A stretch of 64,000 nt of DNA, taken from the NCBI GenBank assembly GCA_963845535.1, contig CAWJSK010000019.1:352001-416000 (forward strand), given 5' to 3'. The notes beneath the pieces are model-generated. The model had not been told where the DNA came from. It was given only the letters and a program-made list of their open reading frames with translations, and did no database searches. Position 1 is the first letter of the stretch. Each line of letters opens with the position of its first letter. Source of the stretch: an uncultured Spirochaetota bacterium (GTDB lineage Bacteria; Spirochaetota; Spirochaetia; SZUA-6; Fen-1364). This document shows positions 21,810-29,143 of the stretch, in pieces. The position numbers and the translations under genes are program-made.

Positions 21810-22609
21810 AAAGAGCTGCGGGAAAGCGGGTCCTTGATGCTCACTCCTTCGGTCCCGAGGTAGTCGACCTTTTTCCCCTCAATGAGGAACTGCACTTTCT
21901 TGACGGTTGGAAACTCCGTCGCAGCATATACCACCTGGCGAAGCTGCGCCTTCATGCCGTCAATGCCCAGCGAATTGAAGCGGAAACTTTCGCTGAAATC
22001 CACATAAGCGACATCTCCCCGCACCGTCACCCCGCGAAGCGTCGTGCCCTCGGGGATCATGGTGAGAAGCCCGAGGTTGATTTCCTGCGACGTGGGACCT
22101 TTCAGGAGGATTTCCAGCGCGTCCCGGAGGGGAGAGTCACTCTGCGGGATGGGGCGGATGACCCCTTTCATCAGGATGTTGCCGTTCTGATCCACGGAGA
22201 GAAAGAAAAGACGCGTCTTGCGCAGGATGGGCCTTTCCTCCGTCGGCGCCGATGGTCGCGCCACGGTGACCACGCGGTCGGCGGAACCGGAGGCCGCCGG
22301 CGGTTTTCCCGCGCCCTGTGTCGTCTGCGAGCCCGCCGGGGGAGCCGCCTGGGTGCCTGGCAGCGCGTTCGTCTGGGTTGGAGGGACGGCCGTGTCGGGG
22401 AGCGGCCTTATTGTCACCTGGGGCGCCCGGGAGCCGGCAGCCGGCCTGCCGCCATTTGATACGAGGCGCGTGAAGGTGTCCGCGATCTGCGTGCGCGCGG
22501 CGTAGCCCACGGCAACGATGACGGCGAGCAGGCACAGCCAGAAAAGGCAGCCGATGCCTCGGCTCTTGAGCGTGGAGGAGCGGGTCCGTGAGTTCTTTTT
22601 TGCTGCCAT
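21806..22609 (-). CDS. GerMN-domain membrane-anchored protein
   Basis: N-terminal TM, P/A-rich linker, LLKGPT..E...GL.T.IP, AYVDFS, QVVYAATEFPTVKKVQFLIEG. Confidence 0.9.
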   Translation of the reverse strand: MAAKKNSRTRSSTLKSRGIGCLFWLCLLAVIVAVGYAARTQIADTFTRLVSNGGRPAAGSRAPQVTIRPLPDTAVPPTQTNALPGTQAAPPAGSQTTQGAGKPPAASGSADRVVTVARPSAPTEERPILRKTRLFFLSVDQNGNILMKGVIRPIPQSDSPLRDALEILLKGPTSQEINLGLLTMIPEGTTLRGVTVRGDVAYVDFSESFRFNSLGIDGMKAQLRQVVYAATEFPTVKKVQFLIEGKKVDYLGTEGVSIKDPLSRSSF

Positions 22610-22637
22610 TTTCGCCTACTCTTTATGATCGGTTTGT

Positions 22638-22666
22638 TTGACAGGCCCATTGAATAACGCTATACT
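22638..22666 (+). promoter_or_regulatory. Near-consensus sigma70 promoter of ptsI, probably leaderless
   Basis: TTGACA-17-TATACT, 8 nt before ATG 22675, no SD. Confidence 0.8.
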
Positions 22667-22674
22667 CACGCCGC

Positions 22675-24396
22675 ATGATGGAGTTCGCGGGGATCAGCGC
22701 CTCACCCGGCATTGCTCGAGGCAGGGCGTTCCTGTTCCTTGACGACAAGCTCACGATACCTCGTCACCACATCGAAGCCTCGCAGGTTGATTACGAGTAT
22801 GGAAGGTTCCTCACGGCGCTGGACAAGGCGTCACGGGAAGTCGAGGGCCTGGCTCGGGGTCGAAATGCGAAGCTCTTCGATGCTCAGATACTCATGTTCG
22901 CTGACCCGGACCTGAAAAGCCGGGTCCGCTTCGCCCTGGAGGACCAGCAGCGCAACGTCGAATGGGTGCTCCTCCAGATCATCGAGGAAATGTCGCAGAA
23001 GCTGGAGGCCGCCGACAGCCAGTACCTCCGCGAACGGACCGTGGATTTCAGCGATGCCGGCAACCGGATCCTGGGCCACCTCCTCTTTCGGCCCAAGGTG
23101 CAGCTCTCCGACGTGAAGAGCGAAGTGATCCTCGTCACGCACAACCTGATGCCTTCCGACACGCTGGGGCTGGACAAACGGCTCGTGCTGGGCATCGCCG
23201 CGGACGTCGGCGGGAAGACCTCCCATACCGCCATCCTGGCGAGGTCCAGCGAGATACCGGCCGTGCTGGGGCTTTCCGACATCACGCGCCACGTGAAGGC
23301 GGGGGATGAGCTGATTGTGGACGGCACCCGCGGCACGGTCATCGTTGAGCCCGACGAGCTGACGCGGGAGCTGTACGATGAGCGCAAGAAGGAGTGGCAA
23401 CGCAAGTACGTCATCCTGAAGGAGCTCAGGCAGCTACCGGCAGAGACCGTGGACGGCAAGCTCGTCTCCATCGAGGCCAACATCGAGCTGCCGGAGGAAG
23501 TGGATTCCGTCCTGACGCACGGCGGGGATGGGATCGGGCTTTTCCGCTCCGAGTTCCTCTTCCTCCAGCCCAACCATTTCCCGTCGGAGGAAGACCAATA
23601 CCACGCGTACAGCAGCGTCCTGAAGGCAATGCGGGGCCGCAGCGTAACCATCCGGACGCTGGACCTGGGCGGGGACAAGGTCATGCCCGGTTTCTCCCTG
23701 GAGACGGATGCCAACCCGCTCCTGGGCTGGCGCGCCATACGGTTCTGCCTGTCGAAGCCGGACATTTTCCGCACGCAGCTCCGCGCGCTCCTGCGTTCGT
23801 CGATGAACGGAAACCTCCGGATCATGTTTCCCCTCATCTCGGGCGCGGAGGAGCTTTCGAAGATCGTCGAGACGCTCGCCGAGGTGAAAGAGGGGCTGCG
23901 CCGGGAGAACGTGCCGTTTCGAGACGAGATCCCCATGGGCATCATGATCGAAGTGCCCTCCGCGGCGCTGTCCTCCGACATCCTCGCCGGCCAGGCGGAC
24001 TTTTTTTCGATCGGGACGAATGACCTGATCCAGTATACGCTGGCGGTTGACCGGGGCAACGAACGGGTGGCCTACCTGTACGAGCCGTTTCATCCCGGGG
24101 TCCTGCGCCTCATCCGCACCACCATCGAGAACGCGCATGCCCATGGCCTGCCCGTGGGGATGTGCGGGGAGATGGCGGGAGACCCGCTGGCAACGGTGGT
24201 CCTCCTCGGGCTCGGCCTGGACAGTTTTTCCATGGGCCCCATCGCCATCCCTCTCATCAAGAGGATCATACGATCGGTCGGGCTCATGGAGGCTGAGGCG
24301 TTCGCGCGCAGCCTTGTGCCCCTGCGGTCGGCGGCGCAGATCGAGCAGGCCGCGCGGAAATGGATGGAGGAGCGGCTTGACTTCTTCTCCTGGTAA
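22675..24396 (+). CDS. ptsI: PTS enzyme I (phosphoenolpyruvate-protein phosphotransferase)
   Basis: GGKTSHTAILARS, GIGLFRSEFLF, RTLDLGGDK, SIGTNDLIQY, CGEMAGD. Confidence 0.98.
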   Translation: MMEFAGISASPGIARGRAFLFLDDKLTIPRHHIEASQVDYEYGRFLTALDKASREVEGLARGRNAKLFDAQILMFADPDLKSRVRFALEDQQRNVEWVLLQIIEEMSQKLEAADSQYLRERTVDFSDAGNRILGHLLFRPKVQLSDVKSEVILVTHNLMPSDTLGLDKRLVLGIAADVGGKTSHTAILARSSEIPAVLGLSDITRHVKAGDELIVDGTRGTVIVEPDELTRELYDERKKEWQRKYVILKELRQLPAETVDGKLVSIEANIELPEEVDSVLTHGGDGIGLFRSEFLFLQPNHFPSEEDQYHAYSSVLKAMRGRSVTIRTLDLGGDKVMPGFSLETDANPLLGWRAIRFCLSKPDIFRTQLRALLRSSMNGNLRIMFPLISGAEELSKIVETLAEVKEGLRRENVPFRDEIPMGIMIEVPSAALSSDILAGQADFFSIGTNDLIQYTLAVDRGNERVAYLYEPFHPGVLRLIRTTIENAHAHGLPVGMCGEMAGDPLATVVLLGLGLDSFSMGPIAIPLIKRIIRSVGLMEAEAFARSLVPLRSAAQIEQAARKWMEERLDFFSW

Positions 24397-25861
24397 GGGG
24401 CGCGGGCGGCCCACGGCCCTCTCCGGATCCAAGAACGTTCCGCGCGTTGCCATCCTGGGCAGGCCCAATGTCGGCAAGTCCTCCCTCTTCAATGCGCTCC
24501 TTGGGAAGCGCAGGTCCATCACGCATTCACAACCGGGAGTGACGCGGGATCCCGTGGAGGAATCAAGCATCCTCGGCGGGGTTCCGCTCCTTCTCATTGA
24601 CACCGGCGGGTTTGCCCCTGCCGGGGAGGCTCTTGATCGCGTGGTGTCCGAGCGCAGCCTTTCCACGGCTCGGGATTCTGACCTGATCCTCCTTGTCCTG
24701 GACGCAACCGAGACGACTTCTGAGGACGAGGACTTCATGGAGCGGCTGCGGCCTTTGTCCGAAAAGCTCCTCGTCGTGGTCAACAAGGTGGACACTCCGG
24801 ACAGGGATTCCCTGGTCTGGAACGCGCATTCCCACGGGTTTCCGAGAGTCATCGGTGTATCCGCTGTCCACGGCCGGAATCTCCCCGAGCTGAAGGAGCT
24901 GATTGCTTTGCTCCTGGAGGAGAGGAGGTCGATGCCTGGCGCCCATGGGGAAGGCCGGCGCGAAACGAATGCGGATGCGGTCCGGATCGCCATCCTGGGC
25001 AAACCGAACACGGGGAAGTCGAGCCTGGCCAACCGTCTCCTTGGCGAGAACAGGTCCATCGTGTCCGCGGTGCCAGGCACCACACGGGACGTCGTGGAGG
25101 GCAGCTTCGAGCACGGCAATCGCACCTTCGCGGTGCTCGACACGGCAGGCATCAGGCGCAAAAGCCGGGTGACGGATGCGGTTGAGTATTACTCCGTCAA
25201 TCGGGCAATTGAAAGCATAGAGCGGGCAGACCTTGTTTTCCTGATGATCGACGCTTCCGAAGGCCTGGTGGACCAGGACAAGAAGATTGCGGGGCAGGCG
25301 CTGAAGGAGGGCAGGGGGATCATCATTGTTGCTGGCAAGTGGGACCTCCTCGACACAGGCGCGGGAAACCGGCCCGCTGCCAGGAAGCGCGGCGCGGCCA
25401 GGGGCCGCGGCCCCAACGGAAAGCCGGCGGGCCATGCTCCGAATCTCGCCGCGCAGGTCAGCGAGCGGATTCGGTTCGATTTTCCCGTGCTCGGCTTCGC
25501 CCCCATCGTCCCTGTCTCCTCCGTCACCGGTCATGGCATCCGCGAGCTTCTGGACACCGCTCTTTCCGTGTGGCAGCAGCTACACAGGCGGGTCACGACG
25601 GGGCGGCTGAATGCGGCGCTTGAATCCTGGACGGATCACTATCCGCTTCCTGGACGCGGGAAATACAAGATCAAGTTTGCGACCCAGGTGGGCTCGAACC
25701 CCGTCAAGTTCGTGGTTTTCGTGAACAGGGTGACCGGCTTTCCGGCCTCCTACGTCTCCTACCTGGAGAACAGCATCCGCAGGGACCTGGGTTTTGCGCA
25801 AGTTCCCATTGCCATCGACATACGCAGGAGCGGGAAAGCAGACCCGCGAAAAGCCAGATGA
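24377..25861 (+). CDS. der: Ribosome biogenesis GTPase Der (EngA)
   Basis: Two GTPase domains: GRPNVGKS/DTGG/NKVD and GKPNTGKS/DTAG; TTG 24377 with GGAGGAG SD is the inferred start. Confidence 0.95.
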   Translation: MTSSPGKGRGRPTALSGSKNVPRVAILGRPNVGKSSLFNALLGKRRSITHSQPGVTRDPVEESSILGGVPLLLIDTGGFAPAGEALDRVVSERSLSTARDSDLILLVLDATETTSEDEDFMERLRPLSEKLLVVVNKVDTPDRDSLVWNAHSHGFPRVIGVSAVHGRNLPELKELIALLLEERRSMPGAHGEGRRETNADAVRIAILGKPNTGKSSLANRLLGENRSIVSAVPGTTRDVVEGSFEHGNRTFAVLDTAGIRRKSRVTDAVEYYSVNRAIESIERADLVFLMIDASEGLVDQDKKIAGQALKEGRGIIIVAGKWDLLDTGAGNRPAARKRGAARGRGPNGKPAGHAPNLAAQVSERIRFDFPVLGFAPIVPVSSVTGHGIRELLDTALSVWQQLHRRVTTGRLNAALESWTDHYPLPGRGKYKIKFATQVGSNPVKFVVFVNRVTGFPASYVSYLENSIRRDLGFAQVPIAIDIRRSGKADPRKAR

Positions 25862-27726
25862 AATCGTGGAGCATCGGAGAGGTCGCGCGCCTTCTCGGCG
25901 TCAAGCCGTACATCATACGATACTGGGAGAGCGAGCTTCCGCTGCTTTCCCCCCGCAAGGGCCTGTCGGGGAGACGGGAGTATTCCAGCCGCGAGATCCG
26001 GCTCCTCATGAGGTTCCGCTACCTGCTGCATGAGAAGAAGTTCACCGTTGAAGGGGCCAAGCAGCGGATGTGGGAGGAATTGGGTACGGACGGGCAGGAC
26101 GTGACCGCGCGTTTCGACGAGATGCGCGCGGACCTCGTGGAGGCCCTTATGACGCTTCAGCGCGGTCGGGCCGTGGACGCGCAGGCCCCCGTGGACGCGC
26201 AGGCCCCTGCGGACGCGCAGGCCCCTGGGGCGCCGGCCCCTGCCGCGAACGCCGCTGCTGCGAAGGCCGCTGAGACGGCTGAGTCAGGCGCCGCCGCCAG
26301 CGCGGTTGACAGTTGCACATTGGAGCCCAGGGGAAATGCAATGACGGAGAAGCAGATCAAGGAGGCGAGCGCTGCGCATGGCCAGGACCACCTGTTTCGG
26401 TACTGGGGCGCTCGCCCGGCGGAAATGAAGGAGCGGCTGCTCGCGGACCTCGCGTCGCTGGATTTCACCAAGCTCGATGAGCTGCGCTCGAGGCTTCGAG
26501 AGCCCGCGAAAGCGCTCGACTTCCAGGACCCTGTCCCCGCCCCCTACGTGCCTCTTGGCCGGAGCGAGTCGGCGGCAAGCGTCAAAGAGATGGGAGAAGA
26601 CCTCATCCGCAGGGGGAAAACCGCCGTTCTCACCGTGGCGGGCGGGCAAGGGTCGCGCCTTGGCTTCGACGGCCCCAAGGGAATGTTTCCCATCAGTCCC
26701 ATTCGAAAGAAGACGCTTTTCGCCCTTCACGCGGAGAAGCTCCTTGCGGCGCGCCGGTGGTACGGCGCGCGGATTCCCTGGCTCATCATGACCAGTCCGT
26801 CCAACAGGGAGCAGACTGAGGCATATTTCCGCACGGAGGACTGGTTCGGGCTGGGCAGCGACTCGGTCCTGTTCTTCTCCCAGGGAATGTTCCCGACTCT
26901 CTCTCCCGAGGGAGGGCTCCTCATTGCGCCTGACGGGGGGCTTTTCTTCAACCCGAACGGTCATGGAGGGGTCATCAGCGCACTCAAGGATTCCGGGGTG
27001 CTGCAGGAAGTGCGCGACCGTGGGGTCGAGGAGCTTTTCTATTTCCAGGTGGACAACCCGCTCGTACGTTCTCCCGACCCGCTCTTTCTCGGCTTCCACA
27101 GAAGCGAAACGTCCCAGATCTCCTCGAAAGTCATCGAGAAGGCGTACGCGGAGGAAAAGCTCGGCGTCATTGCCGTCGTGGGCGGCGCGCCTTGCGTTAT
27201 CGAGTATTCAGACCTCGATGAGAAGCTCATGTCTGCCAAAGGACCGGACGGGAAGCTGCGATTTCCGCAGGGCTCCATTGCCATCCACGTGCTCAACGTC
27301 GACTTCCTCGGCGGCGCGGCGCTGTCTCTTCCGATGCACATCGCGCGGAAGCGGGTAAAGGCCCTCAAACCGACGCCGAAAGGAACCGAAATTGAAGAAG
27401 AAGACGCGGTGAAGATGGAGATGTTCATATTCGATGCAATCCCGATGGCCGGCAAGGCGATCTTTTTCGAGACGGAGCGCGCGGAAGAGTTCGCGCCGCT
27501 CAAGAACCGTGAAGGGTTGGACTCCATTGAAACGTGCGTCCGCGGCCAGATCGAGAAGGCCGCCCGCTGGCTCGCCGCGTGCGGCGTCCAGGTGCCCCGG
27601 GATGAAAACGGCAGGTCCGTGCACGCCATCGAGATCAGCGCGCTCTTTGCCTGGGACAGGCAGGTCCTTGCGGCCAAACGCGGGAGCATCCGGGACAGGG
27701 TCGATGAAGAAACGCTGCTTGCGTAG
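25858..27726 (+). CDS. MerR-type HTH joined in frame to a UDPGP/UAP-family nucleotide-sugar pyrophosphorylase (fusion may be an indel artefact; enzyme could start at ATG 26341)
   Basis: WSIGEVARLLGVKPYIIRYWESE at N-terminus; AGGQGSRLGFDGPKG, PNGHGG, QVDNPL, IEYSD, KMEMFIFD, EFAPLKN downstream. Confidence 0.85.
   Translation: MKSWSIGEVARLLGVKPYIIRYWESELPLLSPRKGLSGRREYSSREIRLLMRFRYLLHEKKFTVEGAKQRMWEELGTDGQDVTARFDEMRADLVEALMTLQRGRAVDAQAPVDAQAPADAQAPGAPAPAANAAAAKAAETAESGAAASAVDSCTLEPRGNAMTEKQIKEASAAHGQDHLFRYWGARPAEMKERLLADLASLDFTKLDELRSRLREPAKALDFQDPVPAPYVPLGRSESAASVKEMGEDLIRRGKTAVLTVAGGQGSRLGFDGPKGMFPISPIRKKTLFALHAEKLLAARRWYGARIPWLIMTSPSNREQTEAYFRTEDWFGLGSDSVLFFSQGMFPTLSPEGGLLIAPDGGLFFNPNGHGGVISALKDSGVLQEVRDRGVEELFYFQVDNPLVRSPDPLFLGFHRSETSQISSKVIEKAYAEEKLGVIAVVGGAPCVIEYSDLDEKLMSAKGPDGKLRFPQGSIAIHVLNVDFLGGAALSLPMHIARKRVKALKPTPKGTEIEEEDAVKMEMFIFDAIPMAGKAIFFETERAEEFAPLKNREGLDSIETCVRGQIEKAARWLAACGVQVPRDENGRSVHAIEISALFAWDRQVLAAKRGSIRDRVDEETLLA
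26173..26226 (+). repeat. 3 x 18-nt coding repeat (VDAQAP/ADAQAP) in linker
   Basis: GYGGACGCGCAGGCCCCY three times in tandem. Confidence 0.95.
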
Positions 27727-29023
27727 CGCGGGCATTCTGGCATTCGCGCTCGCTCTCGGAGCCGCGTCGCGGCTCGGGGCGTGGGCGCCGATAGGTGACG
27801 ACGCCGCCCTTCCCCAGTTGCCGGAGAACTGGGAAGCGCGAACCCTCTTGCGGGAGACCATTTTCGCCCCCGCGTACGACGTCGCTTCTACGCCGCGAAG
27901 GATCGTGGCTCAGCCGGAGACGGGTGAGGACGTCCTCTTCAAGATCGATGTGGAGAAGGGCGCGGTCTACATGGAGTTCATCAACAGGAAAGGCAAGGCC
28001 TTCCCGCTCGCCGCGGCCGGCACGTTCATCATCAAGCGGAGTCTTGTCGATGGGAGCTTCCTCCAGGCCAAGGTATTCGTTCAGAATGATCCCGGCTGCT
28101 ACCTGAGGCTGTTCCCCGAGGAGGACCGGACGGCCATGGACGTCGTTCTCTACAATGAGAGCTTCCAGACCCATGTCGTCCTGCCGGTGAAGTTCCAGGA
28201 CCTCCTCACCTCTCCTTTCTCACGGATCGTGGAGATGAGCCGGTCCTCCGTGGACTGGTCCCTGGTGATGGCCCCCTTCCCGGGCCCCGGCGACACGCGC
28301 CTCCAGCAGATCGTGCAAACCCTGCGCGGCAGACTGCGGACTCTGCGGGACATGGATGACGGCGCCATGGACGCAAGCGGCCGGCTCGTGTTCATTGCCA
28401 CGGGCAAACCGGCGCCTTCGGGGCGCGGAGGATTCAACTGCTCGGGTTTTGCCAAGTGGGTGATCGACGGCTTCTATTTTCCCCTTGTCGGTTCCCTCAC
28501 GAATATTGACGCGCTGCGCTCCCGTGATTCGGATCTTCTGGGAAAAGCGTGGACCGCAAAGTTCGAGGAGGAGCAGGACCCCTATTTCGGGCTGGATTGG
28601 TCCCGCGGGCTGGCGCGGACCCTCGCTTCCGCGCGCACCGGCCAGATGCCCGGCCCGGAGGCGCTGGATGTCACCGTCTCGGATCGATTTACGCACCTGA
28701 AGGACGTCGGCTACAGTGTCGAGGACCTGCCGGGGCTCCTGTACTTCCTGGCCAGAAGCAGGCCCGGGATGATCTACCTCGGATCGGTGAATGCCAGCTC
28801 CTCGGGGGCGCCGGACGGGTCAAGCGTGCTGCTCCGGCAGCACCATCATGTCGTGGTGCTCTTTCCGTTCTTCGATGAAGGTGGAGATTTCCACGCTGTG
28901 GTCATGGAGAGGAACAAGGAAACGGGCGTCCCATCGCTGATCAGGCGCTATAAGGGCCAATATATAAACCTCGTGAAGGTGGATTCCAGCGGCCAGTTCG
29001 ACCCGCCGGAGCTCCCTCACTGA
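27704..29023 (+). CDS. Secreted hypothetical protein with NlpC/P60-like Cys motif
   Basis: Signal-like MKKRCLRSAGILAFALALGAA; GFNCSGFAKWVIDG; QHHHVVVL; start overlaps the upstream gene. Confidence 0.75.
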   Translation: MKKRCLRSAGILAFALALGAASRLGAWAPIGDDAALPQLPENWEARTLLRETIFAPAYDVASTPRRIVAQPETGEDVLFKIDVEKGAVYMEFINRKGKAFPLAAAGTFIIKRSLVDGSFLQAKVFVQNDPGCYLRLFPEEDRTAMDVVLYNESFQTHVVLPVKFQDLLTSPFSRIVEMSRSSVDWSLVMAPFPGPGDTRLQQIVQTLRGRLRTLRDMDDGAMDASGRLVFIATGKPAPSGRGGFNCSGFAKWVIDGFYFPLVGSLTNIDALRSRDSDLLGKAWTAKFEEEQDPYFGLDWSRGLARTLASARTGQMPGPEALDVTVSDRFTHLKDVGYSVEDLPGLLYFLARSRPGMIYLGSVNASSSGAPDGSSVLLRQHHHVVVLFPFFDEGGDFHAVVMERNKETGVPSLIRRYKGQYINLVKVDSSGQFDPPELPH

Positions 29024-29046
29024 CGAGATTGGACATCACCCGATAG

Positions 29047-29088
29047 ATTCCCAGGATGCGCAATTCCCAGGATGCGCCCAGAATGCGC
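29047..29088 (+). repeat. Direct repeats abutting a -35 element
   Basis: ATTCCCAGGATGCGC at 29047 and 29063, partial CCCAGAATGCGC at 29077. Confidence 0.85.
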
Positions 29089-29089
29089 G

Positions 29090-29118
29090 TTGACAGGCCT
29101 TCCGGATAGGTTTACTAT
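29090..29118 (+). promoter_or_regulatory. Sigma70-type promoter of the coiled-coil gene
   Basis: TTGACA-17-TACTAT. Confidence 0.8.
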
Positions 29119-29143
29119 TGTAAAAACCTCTGGGAGGGGGACA

